A DNA stretch of 39,312 bases, taken from positions 1 through 39,312 of IMG/VR virus record IMGVR_UViG_3300017754_002477, one strand, 5' to 3'. Below the pieces are notes generated by a model, which saw nothing but the letters and a program-made list of their open reading frames with translations, had not been told where the DNA came from and searched no databases. Source of the DNA: a virus. Its lineage: Duplodnaviria > Caudoviricetes. Made by a program: the position numbers and the translations under genes. Shown here piece after piece: positions 7,588 to 17,074 of the stretch. The stretch's first letter is position 1, and each line of letters starts with the position of its first letter.

Positions 7588-9473
7588 TCGACCGCCTCAA
7601 AATCCATGGTGTCCGGGTTCCAGCGCAAGACGCTGTTCCCGCCTTCTTCGGGTGCGGGGTTTGCCGTTTCGGCAACCCGTCGCGCCGCTTCAATGGCGGC
7701 ACGGTCGATTGTTGCTTGCTGCAGGCTGTTTGTGCCCGAACTCATGGCCTCCATTGCGCGAATACGGGCAACGCGCTTCGCTTCCACAACAGGCGGTTGA
7801 TCGCCCGGCTGCGGTAGATAAATCTCGCCGTAGAGCGCCTGTTCATCCGCTGTAATGGCCGCCCCCGTGTCCTTCCGAAGAATGGACATAAGGAACTCTT
7901 GGCCCGCCTGTTGTGCGACCTGATACTCGTCATCCTGCATGCCGCGAGCCAAGCCAAACGGGACAGCGCCCGCCGCTTGGTTGCCACGCGATGTCAGAAT
8001 GTCAGACCGATATCCGCCATCCTCCAAAGGCGCGTCCAGAACTGCCAAAGCGCCTTCAGCCCTGGTGATATAAACGTTGTCCTTTGACTGCGCCTCAGTG
8101 AACCGAACGTCGCCCTGCACAAACTCGACAGCACCAGTGGCCGGGTCAATTCGCATGCCCATGCCGCTGTTTTCGCGCCCGCCGGATGCCATAAATTGCT
8201 GATATTCAGGCGTGCCGGGGGTTAGCCCCGCCGCTTGTGCGCGATACTCAAGAGCCGCGATGCTGTCGGGAACATCCGAACCCGGATTGCGCAATTGTTC
8301 AAGTTCAAGCCGCGCCCGCTCCAGTTCTATCTGGTCCATCTGCGACGGCGGGGGCGCAAACGCCTGTCCGACTTGCTGTTGAATGAGCATCTGCGCAATC
8401 ATGCGCTGCCCTTCCGGCAAATACGGGTTTCCCGCCAGTTCGGCCAATTGCATGATGATTTGCATATTCGCGCCGCCAGCCGGGGCCGCGCCGCCCATGG
8501 TCGATCTGCTGACTTCGGTCAGGGGCGCGCTTTGAGACATGCCCCCACCGGAGCCGCCGTGCGTGGCCAGATAGTCCTGCAGCGACGTGCCGTTTGCGTC
8601 TGCAGGGTTGTATTGGCCGCCCGACGTGATGAACCGCTCAAGCCCACCAGTGCCGCCAAGATGCGCGACTGCCCGCATACCGTCCAGCGTGACAGGGACA
8701 CCGTTGATCGTCTGCCCGATCATCTGGTCCAGCCCGTTCTGCCGGATGAAGTTGTCGATATCCTCGAAGTGCCATTGCTCGACCGCCATCTGCACTTCGG
8801 GCGGCTGTTGCGCAAATTCTTGTGCGGTCATCGGGGCGATGACGCCAGCGCTTGCCGCGTCCTGCAGTCGTGCCGTTCCGAACTGCAACCGCCCGCCGTG
8901 TCCGGTGTGACCGCCAGCGCCGGGGACATCGTTGAGAGCGCCCCAGTTGCCGCCGCTTTCGGTCGTGACAAGGCTGGCCGGGAAATTGCTTTCCGGAGCG
9001 CCCATGCTGGAGATTGTCGCGTCCAATACCGGGGGGGCAGGCGGCGCAACCGGGGGCGCGACACGATCAACCGCCGCGCCAATCTGCGGCGGCAAATCGG
9101 ACGGGGGCAGCGGAGACGTGGCTACAGGCGGCACAGAAGCCCCAAGCGGGGGCGTCGGGGCCACAGGTGCCGCAACAGGCGCAGGGGCCGCCACGGGGGC
9201 AGCCATGGGCGCTGAAGGCATGCCGCCAAGGCCAGCCAGGATTTGCTGGAACGCTTCCGTGGATCGTTGCGTTTCCGCCGCTTCCCGAGGGGCTAGGCGA
9301 CGGTCGCCAATGCGTGCAAACAGCGCCGAGCCAATAGCCCGTATCCCTTCGCCCACGTCACGCGGCTGCGACCCCAACTGACGGGCTTGCATCGCCTCGA
9401 TCTGCGCACGCTTTTGGGCAAGCTGTTGCGCTGTCGGCGTGTCCGTCCCTTCACCGAAGAGATACTGAAGCAT
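7584..9473 (-). CDS. Ejection protein with lysozyme-like/lytic transglycosylase domain
   Basis: 'TTESGGN...GGRLQFG' catalytic-Glu motif after a Pro/Ala linker; position among ejection genes. Confidence 0.7.
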   Translation of the reverse strand: MLQYLFGEGTDTPTAQQLAQKRAQIEAMQARQLGSQPRDVGEGIRAIGSALFARIGDRRLAPREAAETQRSTEAFQQILAGLGGMPSAPMAAPVAAPAPVAAPVAPTPPLGASVPPVATSPLPPSDLPPQIGAAVDRVAPPVAPPAPPVLDATISSMGAPESNFPASLVTTESGGNWGALNDVPGAGGHTGHGGRLQFGTARLQDAASAGVIAPMTAQEFAQQPPEVQMAVEQWHFEDIDNFIRQNGLDQMIGQTINGVPVTLDGMRAVAHLGGTGGLERFITSGGQYNPADANGTSLQDYLATHGGSGGGMSQSAPLTEVSRSTMGGAAPAGGANMQIIMQLAELAGNPYLPEGQRMIAQMLIQQQVGQAFAPPPSQMDQIELERARLELEQLRNPGSDVPDSIAALEYRAQAAGLTPGTPEYQQFMASGGRENSGMGMRIDPATGAVEFVQGDVRFTEAQSKDNVYITRAEGALAVLDAPLEDGGYRSDILTSRGNQAAGAVPFGLARGMQDDEYQVAQQAGQEFLMSILRKDTGAAITADEQALYGEIYLPQPGDQPPVVEAKRVARIRAMEAMSSGTNSLQQATIDRAAIEAARRVAETANPAPEEGGNSVLRWNPDTMDFEAVE

Positions 9474-9688
9474 TAATACACCCGTTTAGCCGGAGGTTTG
9501 GGGGGCATGGGGCCGGGCTGGTAATTCTGCGGCGGCCTTGCCATCGGGGGTTGAGCCATCGGCGGCTGTGCCATGGGCGGGCGCGGCATTTGCGCGGGGG
9601 GTGGCTGGATTTTGTTCATGGGCGGACGCGGTGCGCCCGGCATCCCCTGAAGCATGTTGACGATCTGCTGTTTATAGTTCCCGTTCAT
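9473..9688 (-). CDS. Pro/Met/Gln-rich low-complexity protein (71 aa)
   Basis: TGATG and TAATG coupling at both ends; PPMA(Q/R) repeats. Confidence 0.6.
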   Translation of the reverse strand: MNGNYKQQIVNMLQGMPGAPRPPMNKIQPPPAQMPRPPMAQPPMAQPPMARPPQNYQPGPMPPKPPAKRVY

Positions 9689-10737
9689 CAAATCACCGCC
9701 AAGGCGTCGCCGCCAAGCCCAAAGAGGTTGCCCCACATGCTGTTATATTGAGCCATTTGCTGCTGATACGCGGCCTGCTCTTGCGCATAGTTGTTGTTGA
9801 TGATTCCGGCGTTGTCAGTCGTCGGGATGGGCGACGGCTGGTTCACGGGGAAGTTCGGCGCTGTCGGGGAGGATGCGCCTAGCATCGTCATAATCTGGTT
9901 CATGTAGTCGTTTTGCGACTGCATGGATTGCGTGAAGGTGTTTGACAGGTTCGAGTTGTTTGCGCCCGTGCCAGAATTGAAGTTGCTGAACTCTTGCTGA
10001 AGCGCGTTGTTCTGGTTCGTCAGCCCGGATGCTTGGTTCGCAAACTCTTGCTGCAGCGCCGCGTTGCTGGCGGTCTGCGCCGACATGTCCATGTTATACA
10101 TGCGCTGCTGTTCTTCACCCGCAGCCAGGATCGCCGCCATTTCAGCGTCGTTCTGTGCCTGCGATTGGGTCAGTTGCGCGTCGTTGTAGGCTTCGGCCCC
10201 GTAGCCGATGCCCTGATTGGCTAGGCTGGCATCAAGCGCCTCTTGCTGCGCCGATAGGGACGGTTCCATGCGGGCCATAAGCGCCGCTTCATACTCGTCC
10301 CGATCTGCGCTGTAGTCTTCCGACCCGTAAACCGTATTCAGCCCCGCGCTGGTGCCGTAATTCGTGTTTAAGCCCGCGCTGGTCGAATAGTTGTTATAGG
10401 TCGGAACCGCCGTTTGCGTCGGGGCAAAGCCAGCCGCAGCCGTGGCACCTGCCGATCCGAGCGACGTTTGCATGGCGGTCTGGTTATTGTAGATCGCCTG
10501 CTGTTCCGGCGAAAGCGTGGTGTTCGCGGAATATTGCGGGATTTCGTATGTCAACCCGGTATAGGGGTCAGTGAACGAGGTTGTCCCGGTCTGCTCATAG
10601 GTGAGCGACCCATAGGGATTTGACTGGTTCACATTGCCTTGCGACGTGTTGGCAATCGACGTGGCAACGGCGGTCCCGGTAGCGGCTGCAGAAGTTTCCT
10701 TCGGATCAGGCGGCGCGGGCGCTTGCGGTTTTCCCAT
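9688..10737 (-). CDS. DNA transfer/pilot ejection protein
   Basis: MGKPQAPAPPDP start, 'NQSNPYGSLTY' motif, Gln/Asn/Ala-rich; AAGGGG SD before ATG 10737. Confidence 0.7.
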   Translation of the reverse strand: MGKPQAPAPPDPKETSAAATGTAVATSIANTSQGNVNQSNPYGSLTYEQTGTTSFTDPYTGLTYEIPQYSANTTLSPEQQAIYNNQTAMQTSLGSAGATAAAGFAPTQTAVPTYNNYSTSAGLNTNYGTSAGLNTVYGSEDYSADRDEYEAALMARMEPSLSAQQEALDASLANQGIGYGAEAYNDAQLTQSQAQNDAEMAAILAAGEEQQRMYNMDMSAQTASNAALQQEFANQASGLTNQNNALQQEFSNFNSGTGANNSNLSNTFTQSMQSQNDYMNQIMTMLGASSPTAPNFPVNQPSPIPTTDNAGIINNNYAQEQAAYQQQMAQYNSMWGNLFGLGGDALAVI

Positions 10738-11152
10738 CGGAAACCCCCTTAAACTTTCCAGCCCGCCAGTCATCGGCGGACAACGTGAAAATGATCTCCG
10801 CTTCGCCCGGCCCTCTTAAGTCGGGTATGCGGTATTCTTTCCCGCCAAGGCTGCGCCAGATGCGGAGCGCGCGACGGTTGGTTTCGCTTTGCCGGGTCAA
10901 AACCATCCGGCAAAAGCCGAATGGATAATCAAAGATTGCGGCTAGGCGTTCCTTGGTCAGCCACGCCCGGTTAAGCGATGCCGCCGACATTTCGATGACC
11001 CCGCTTTCGGGGTTCCAATTGTGGTAGACGACACCCGCCACCAGCTTGCCATCATCAACAAAACCGATGGCCTTGCACGCCCCGAAACCACGGGCGCAAC
11101 CGGGGATTTGCATGGCCACAAAGTCAGCGACATGCTGACCGTAGACGATCAA
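10706..11152 (-). CDS. GNAT-fold protein in tail/ejection module
   Basis: 'LVAGVVYHNW', 'ETNRRALRIWRSLG' GNAT-like motifs; usual podophage position. Confidence 0.7.
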   Translation of the reverse strand: MIVYGQHVADFVAMQIPGCARGFGACKAIGFVDDGKLVAGVVYHNWNPESGVIEMSAASLNRAWLTKERLAAIFDYPFGFCRMVLTRQSETNRRALRIWRSLGGKEYRIPDLRGPGEAEIIFTLSADDWRAGKFKGVSDGKTASARAA

Positions 11153-12933
11153 ATCGCGGTCCCCACCTCAAACCGCTGGTGAAGCGATACAATCTCAAAC
11201 ACGGGCTTGGTGTCGCTGTTACTGACAATCACAAGGCCCGGCGCAAGGGCATATCCGCCCGCGTTTACCGACTGCCAATCGGTCCCGGCGACAACAGGTT
11301 CAGCCGCGCCCCACTTCTTGCCGCTGCCCCATTTCTGGCCCGATGTGCCCCAGATGCCGGACTTGTTTTCAGTCATCGCGGCGGGTAAGGCGGGCAGTGT
11401 ATTGGCGACGTAGTTTGAATAGGCCACAAGCCGAACCTTTGCCGTCACATCCGACCGCCACGATGCGCGGGCGTGTAGCGCAGACTTCCAATCCGGGGTC
11501 CCGTATTCCTGGAACTTCGGCACGTAGAAACCGACATACTCATTCCCGGCATCCGACCCGCCGTTATCGGCCCGGTAGATCGCGCCCGCATCGTCGCCGT
11601 AGTAAAGCCGATCATTGAACACGCGGATTGCACGCACATCCCATCCCAGAATGCGGGACCATGCGCCCGTTCTGGTATTGGCAACGAGGCAAGTCGGGTT
11701 CCCGGTAGTCGACGGGACACCGATCACAAACAGGCTTTCCGAAGGCCAGACAGTGACGGGAAACTTTGACGTTGCGGTGCGCCGCCCGATGGTAGCGCGC
11801 CACAAGTCTTCAATCGCTGTCGTCAGGGCGGACGCTTGAAGCTGCGCACGGTCCTTTGACATGATCTGCGAAATAGCGACAATGCCTTCCTCGGTCATGA
11901 TGAACAGGTCAGAACCTGCCCAGAACCATGCCTGCTTGTTCAGCGGGCGGGCGATGCGGTAAAGCCCCACAACCGCCCATGTAGACGCCGACGCGGGGTC
12001 TGTGCCTTGGTAGATCGCAACCTCGCCCTCGGTCGTGACGAACACCTGCATATCATCAATGCCGGAGCCGCTATCCACGGTCCAAGTCCCGCCGAACATC
12101 AGCGCGCCGCCCAGACGGAAGAGGCCAGTGAGCGGGAATTTTGTAGCAGACCCGCCAAAGGCGTTCGTCGGCAGATACCAAGCGTTCAGCGTGCCGTCTT
12201 CGATGAACCAGAGCCGCGCCTTGTGCGACCAGACAAACGACAAATCACGCCCGTCAACACCCGTCAGTGTGACCGTCGACCCCGCCGCAGACGCGCCATT
12301 CGCAACCGCCGCACCCGTGGAGGTCGTGATTGCCTCGTTATCCGCAAACGGGCCGCCCGTGATCGTGCCAAGCCGTAGCGTGCCCGTGGTGGCCGTTGCG
12401 GGCGTGATACTATAGATCGTCGCCGTCGCGCCGGATGTGCCGCCTGTGACCGTCTGGCCCACAGCAAAGGGCAAGGTCAGGGCGTCATATGCCAGATCAA
12501 AGATGGCAACCCCAACAATCGGGTTCCACTCTGTCCCGTCATAGTAATGGTAATAGTCCGCCCCGTTCACGCAAACGAGGAACTGCCCGCCCGCCGTGCC
12601 CCACTGCTGGAATGACCAATCGCCAGAGGTCAGGCCGATCACGTCAGGCTGTTCCGCCGTCGCCTCGTCCACAACGCTGGAGACGTCAACAATCGTCGTC
12701 TCGGTCGTGGCGAACATCTGTTCCACAGCGCCCGAGCGGTAAATCATCAGCCGTTCAACCGCGTCATCAACCGTGGCGAAAAGCGTCGTGCCGCCACGCA
12801 GCCGCGCCCCCTTGTCGGTCGGGATAAAGTTGTCCAGCACTTCTGCTGCATCAGGCGGGCCATTCATCAGCACGCCAGACGTTTGCAGGCCGCGAATGGG
12901 CGCGGGGAATGCCCCCGTTTTGGCTTGTCTCAT
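11149..12933 (-). CDS. Tail nozzle / packaged-DNA stabilisation protein
   Basis: 594 aa, beta-rich; 'PAPIRG', 'FVTTEGEVAIYQGTDP', C-terminal W-repeat; follows adaptor. Confidence 0.75.
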   Translation of the reverse strand: MRQAKTGAFPAPIRGLQTSGVLMNGPPDAAEVLDNFIPTDKGARLRGGTTLFATVDDAVERLMIYRSGAVEQMFATTETTIVDVSSVVDEATAEQPDVIGLTSGDWSFQQWGTAGGQFLVCVNGADYYHYYDGTEWNPIVGVAIFDLAYDALTLPFAVGQTVTGGTSGATATIYSITPATATTGTLRLGTITGGPFADNEAITTSTGAAVANGASAAGSTVTLTGVDGRDLSFVWSHKARLWFIEDGTLNAWYLPTNAFGGSATKFPLTGLFRLGGALMFGGTWTVDSGSGIDDMQVFVTTEGEVAIYQGTDPASASTWAVVGLYRIARPLNKQAWFWAGSDLFIMTEEGIVAISQIMSKDRAQLQASALTTAIEDLWRATIGRRTATSKFPVTVWPSESLFVIGVPSTTGNPTCLVANTRTGAWSRILGWDVRAIRVFNDRLYYGDDAGAIYRADNGGSDAGNEYVGFYVPKFQEYGTPDWKSALHARASWRSDVTAKVRLVAYSNYVANTLPALPAAMTENKSGIWGTSGQKWGSGKKWGAAEPVVAGTDWQSVNAGGYALAPGLVIVSNSDTKPVFEIVSLHQRFEVGTAI

Positions 12934-13652
12934 GATGACGGGATGAAATCAGGAACGGGGATATCCCAAGGGCTGCGCCGCTTGGGTTGGCCGCCGAAGT
13001 TGATCGCCCGGCGCGTCCGGTTGTCCGATGACATGCGGGACATGAGGATTTCATATTCCGCTTGCACGTCCTGGTATGGCAGCGCCTTGCGCATCCGGAA
13101 CCGATACGTGATGCCCGCTTCAACGAGACGACGCGGCAACAGGCACACGTCATCTTCTGCGCTGAATTCTGACTTTTCCGTGCCGCCGTTGATTGTCCAG
13201 TTCTTGGACACATAGGACACGACAACGGTCAGATCGGTCTCGAGAACGTCCTTGAAGCCGATTGTGTAGTTCTCGTCATAGCCCTGCAGGCGGTAAAAGC
13301 GTTCCGCCCCGGTGATGCCAAGTTCGTCCAGATATTCCCATTCGCCGTCTCGCGTGATCGGCATACAGGGACGCCGCGTGCGTGACCGCTCATAGACCGA
13401 ATAATCGTCACGCTGCAGGCGCAGAAAGTCGGTTGGCAGATCGTAGTCTTCGGCCCCGGTGCCTGTAATGACCGTGGTTTTTCCAATCGGGCCGATCCAG
13501 TCACACCGCGCCGCGATATCCTCGCGGGTTTCGTCAAGGAAGTCTTTCAACTCCATTGACGTGGCATCTGTCGCGGAAACCCACGTTGCGGGCGGATTAA
13601 CGCTGCACTTGCGTGCGGCCCGGTTCAGGATTTCCACGACAGTTGTCATCAC
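12930..13652 (-). CDS. Head-tail adaptor (tail tubular protein A-like)
   Basis: 'YDLPTDF' motif, helical termini, position before nozzle. Confidence 0.7.
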   Translation of the reverse strand: MMTTVVEILNRAARKCSVNPPATWVSATDATSMELKDFLDETREDIAARCDWIGPIGKTTVITGTGAEDYDLPTDFLRLQRDDYSVYERSRTRRPCMPITRDGEWEYLDELGITGAERFYRLQGYDENYTIGFKDVLETDLTVVVSYVSKNWTINGGTEKSEFSAEDDVCLLPRRLVEAGITYRFRMRKALPYQDVQAEYEILMSRMSSDNRTRRAINFGGQPKRRSPWDIPVPDFIPSS

Positions 13653-14239
13653 GCAGCCTCAGCTTTTGGGGGGCGGCCCCGGCGGGGCTTGTCGGCGTCA
13701 ACCTCGGCGGAACGCTCCGCTTTCAGTTCGGCCAGCATTTCCATCATGGCTTCGTTCTTGGCCTTCAGTTCGGCCATTTCCGCGTCACGCTCCGCATCGG
13801 GGCGACGGTCAATCCATTGCCGGGCCAGCGTGCGCAGTTCCCGCATGTTCGGCAGGACGTTTTTCATGTTGCTGTCGGACAGCCCTGCCATGTCTTCAAT
13901 CGTCTTGATGCCGACGCCCTTGAGCGCGGCAATCTGCGAAGCCGTAACGCCGCCCCATGCAGCCAAAGGCGTGCCGCTATCGGGCAACGTCTCGCCAGCC
14001 TTCCAAGCCGTGTAGTGGGGTTCGATCTGGCCCCAGATGTAGCGCAGCGCCGCCATTTTCAGGCCGTCAGGGTCGTTCTCCAGTTGCTCAGGCGGGCGCA
14101 GCTTGCTCACACGTTCCCATGTTGACGACGAAAGCTGCCCATTCTCTGAAATGGCGTCAGAACCGCTGTAGTGGACCCAGTCGGCGGGGTCGCGGCCTAT
14201 GCGGTATTCTGTCTTGAACTCGATTACGCGAATGCCCAT
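13649..14239 (-). CDS. Hypothetical head-module protein
   Basis: 196 aa, AGGAG SD, HhH-like 'LKGVGIKTIEDMA', C-terminal RRGRPPK. Confidence 0.75.
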   Translation of the reverse strand: MGIRVIEFKTEYRIGRDPADWVHYSGSDAISENGQLSSSTWERVSKLRPPEQLENDPDGLKMAALRYIWGQIEPHYTAWKAGETLPDSGTPLAAWGGVTASQIAALKGVGIKTIEDMAGLSDSNMKNVLPNMRELRTLARQWIDRRPDAERDAEMAELKAKNEAMMEMLAELKAERSAEVDADKPRRGRPPKAEAA

Positions 14240-14268
14240 TGCGGGGATTGCTCCTATGAGATGTGGAA

Positions 14269-14290
14269 GCGGGCGACCGAAGCCGCCCGC
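14269..14290 (-). terminator. cUUCGg hairpin after capsid/cement genes
   Basis: GCGGGCGGC-TTCG-GTCGCCCGC; only a weak U tail. Confidence 0.55.
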
Positions 14291-14299
14291 CCTAGTTGC

Positions 14300-14782
14300 T
14301 TAGAACGGAAACTCGCACTTGATGATTTTCGCCGAAGCGTCGACCGCATAGGCGACAACCGCATCAGTCACGAGAGCCGACACGTCAAGCGTGCCGTCCG
14401 TTGCCCCGACAGCGGTCAGGGCGTTGCCGTCCGCGCCAGCCGTCAGAGCGGGGGTGATGGTCGCGTCACCCTTGATCTGAATCCAGCAATACTCGCCGTC
14501 AGCGGCGACAGCCTGCAGGACACCAGCGCCAAGCCCGGCGCTGTCAGAAAGGTCCGAAGTGACAACCGTGGTTGCACCCGCCGACGCACCCGAGGGCGCG
14601 TAGTAATAGCAGATGTTTCCCACCACGGCAGCGACGGAACCCGCCCCCGTGTCGTATTGGACGAACTTGTAAATCCGCCCAAGGGTGCCGAAGAAGACGT
14701 CGCCGGGTTTCGGCGTTTTGCCTTCCGCGAGCTGATCGCTGGTGTAGTTCTGGTCCAGATCAGCGCCGAGATAGATAGCCAT
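14300..14782 (-). CDS. Capsid decoration/cement protein
   Basis: 160-aa Gly/Ala/Val-rich beta protein directly after MCP; AAGGAG SD. Confidence 0.65.
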   Translation of the reverse strand: MAIYLGADLDQNYTSDQLAEGKTPKPGDVFFGTLGRIYKFVQYDTGAGSVAAVVGNICYYYAPSGASAGATTVVTSDLSDSAGLGAGVLQAVAADGEYCWIQIKGDATITPALTAGADGNALTAVGATDGTLDVSALVTDAVVAYAVDASAKIIKCEFPF

Positions 14783-14794
14783 CAGCGTTTCTCC

Positions 14795-15778
14795 TTACGC
14801 GGCATCAAACAGGCGGCCTTGCAGCGCCCGGTTGGTGCAAACGAGGTTGCCCATCCAGTAAATCGGCACGACTACCGCGTCCTGGTTGGTGGGTTTCTTC
14901 TCCGCGTCGGGGGTCCAGTTGGCCTCACGGTGCTGAACAAGATACAGATAGTTCGTGTTCAGGAAGTAGGCCGTTTCGCCCGTGGTGGAGAAGTTGGAGT
15001 TGTCGTCAAAGATCACGTCCGCCGACTTGTATTTCAGCGTGGTGAACCCTGCCTGCGCCATCTCGCTGTCGGCATACCGCTGCTTGTCCTGCTCACCCAC
15101 TTCGTAGAGCGAGAAGAAGTCATGCGACATGACGATAAGATCGGTGCTGTCCGTGCCCCGCGTGGTCTGCAGCCAAAGGTTGTTCATGTCCGCTTTGAAC
15201 ACGACAGCGTTGGCAACAGACGGCGATGCCGCCGAGTTGGTCCCCGTGGCTTCCCGGAATTTGTTTTTCCAGAAGGTCCAAGTGGTGGAGTTGATGCCGC
15301 CGACAGTGCCTTCGCCGTTCGTCTGGATCAGGTTCTGCAGGCCGTTGATCTGCTCCGACAGCGCGCCCGACGAATAGAGGTCAATGGCGAACTGGTTCGT
15401 TGCGGTGCGGATCGCGTTTTCTTTTCTCGCGGTCACGAGATTGATCATCGCTTCCTTGCCGCTGTTCATGCGCAGTTCACGCCCGGAGGCGGTCACATGC
15501 AGCGCAACCTGACGATACGGGTATTTCGCCGAAGTCAGCACATCCGAGGCGGACGTGTTGAGTTCTTCATATCCCGCATAGCGCTGGTAGGTCGCGTTTT
15601 CAGCGTATTCGAGAGGTTCGGCGATTTCATAGCCGCCAGAGACGGTCTTGATCTTGCCGCGCTTCTTCATGCGCATCAAAAGCGCATTGTGCTTGCTCAC
15701 GTTGTCGGTAACTTTCTGACCCCAGGTGCGGTCAGTGGTCGTTACCATTTCCGTGAAGACAGTCGAGGGAAGTGCCAT
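14795..15778 (-). CDS. Major capsid protein
   Basis: 327 aa; 'DNVSKHNALL', 'IDLYSSG', 'GTVGGIN', 'YFLNTNYL'; AAGGAG SD; follows scaffold. Confidence 0.9.
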   Translation of the reverse strand: MALPSTVFTEMVTTTDRTWGQKVTDNVSKHNALLMRMKKRGKIKTVSGGYEIAEPLEYAENATYQRYAGYEELNTSASDVLTSAKYPYRQVALHVTASGRELRMNSGKEAMINLVTARKENAIRTATNQFAIDLYSSGALSEQINGLQNLIQTNGEGTVGGINSTTWTFWKNKFREATGTNSAASPSVANAVVFKADMNNLWLQTTRGTDSTDLIVMSHDFFSLYEVGEQDKQRYADSEMAQAGFTTLKYKSADVIFDDNSNFSTTGETAYFLNTNYLYLVQHREANWTPDAEKKPTNQDAVVVPIYWMGNLVCTNRALQGRLFDAA

Positions 15779-15790
15779 CCCAAGAACTCC

Positions 15791-16771
15791 TTACAGGTTA
15801 TGCTTGTTCCATACAGCTTCCATGGCTGCCTTCTCCGTCATAGGAGCGGCTTTGCCGGGCTGTGATGTAACATTCACGGACTTGGCCGCCCGCTGCGCCG
15901 CCGTTCGGGTGGGGTCGGACAAGGCTGGCGCTTGCGCGGCGGCCTGCATCTTTGCCCGTAGATCGGGGTGAGCGTGAACTGCCATTTCGTATGCCAAGGC
16001 CAGCGTGTCCGGTGCGGAGGCGCTAGAGCCAAGGCGTTGTTTGGCCAAGGGGATCATGTTCGGAATGAACGCTTCCACCTGTGCCCAATTTTCCGCGTTT
16101 TCGGCTGCGAAGCCGGTCACGAAACTCTCTGTCTCGCGTTGTGCCAGAATCCGGCTAACCTCTTCCGACCTGATGTCAGGGTTAGACAGTTCCGCAAACT
16201 TACGCCGAAGGTCGTTTAATTCGCGCATTACGGCGACACTCTCGTTCGACTGCCCGGCGGGTTGCCCCGACAAATGCGCCTTGAGTGCGTCAAGCGCCCC
16301 GTGTTGTTTTGCCAAGTTGACGATGTTTGCAACCGGATTGGCCCGGATTGCGGCGACCATCTTTGCGCCTTCAAACACGTCTTTTGCCACCTGATCCGGC
16401 GTCATTTTCGCCAGTGAGGGAATTTCCCTGACAGCCCGGTTCAGCACGTCGACCACAGGCTTGACGCCGTTGACCAGCCGCCCCTGTTCCGCCAGTTTAC
16501 GCCCCGCATCGCGCTGCGTTGCAATCACAGCGTCTCGCGCTTCTTTCGGGATGGTCGACCAATGCTGCCTTAGCGATGCCGGAATGTCTGACGGCGGTTC
16601 ATCAACCAACGCAGCGACGGGCGCTTCCGGTTGCGGTTCTGGTGCATCGGGGGTCGACGGTTCCGCTTCTTCAACCGCGTTTTCCTCTGTCAGCTTGTCC
16701 CAGATCGCGCCCATGGCATCGCGTTCGCCTTCGGCGGGTGTCTCTTCAACAGCCGCGTTTTGATCGGTCAT
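15791..16771 (-). CDS. Capsid scaffolding protein
   Basis: Acidic Pro-rich N-terminus, helical body, directly before MCP; ATGA-coupled start 16771. Confidence 0.7.
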   Translation of the reverse strand: MTDQNAAVEETPAEGERDAMGAIWDKLTEENAVEEAEPSTPDAPEPQPEAPVAALVDEPPSDIPASLRQHWSTIPKEARDAVIATQRDAGRKLAEQGRLVNGVKPVVDVLNRAVREIPSLAKMTPDQVAKDVFEGAKMVAAIRANPVANIVNLAKQHGALDALKAHLSGQPAGQSNESVAVMRELNDLRRKFAELSNPDIRSEEVSRILAQRETESFVTGFAAENAENWAQVEAFIPNMIPLAKQRLGSSASAPDTLALAYEMAVHAHPDLRAKMQAAAQAPALSDPTRTAAQRAAKSVNVTSQPGKAAPMTEKAAMEAVWNKHNL

Positions 16772-17073
16772 TTGGCATCCTCTGCTAGACGGGAGGTCAT
16801 TCCCCATTTTTCTGCGAATTTCTTGTTGCGGAACTTGCCGCCCGTGGCCGTCTTCAACTCAGCCGCGTCAACGCAATTGTGACGGGCCAGATCGTCGCGC
16901 TTGGCCTTGCGCCCGCTGATATACCGCCCGTCAATCGGCGACTGATAAGCGGGGATATCCTGGATGATGCGGGGGCACGGGAAACCACCCTCAGGTGGCT
17001 TTGTGTTCATCGGTTCGCCCGTGGCCTTGTCGACCATTACCCCGCGTTCGCGGTCATATACGAAAGTCGGCAT
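16768..17073 (-). CDS. Hypothetical head-module protein (101 aa)
   Basis: 'DIPAYQSPIDGRYISGRKAKRDDLARHNC'; start 1 nt after upstream stop. Confidence 0.7.
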   Translation of the reverse strand: MPTFVYDRERGVMVDKATGEPMNTKPPEGGFPCPRIIQDIPAYQSPIDGRYISGRKAKRDDLARHNCVDAAELKTATGGKFRNKKFAEKWGMTSRLAEDAK

Positions 17074-17074
17074 C

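Noticed and set aside
14171-15865. 564-aa + strand ORF
   Set aside because: Antisense shadow of the capsid and cement genes in GC-rich DNA; no motifs and no SD.
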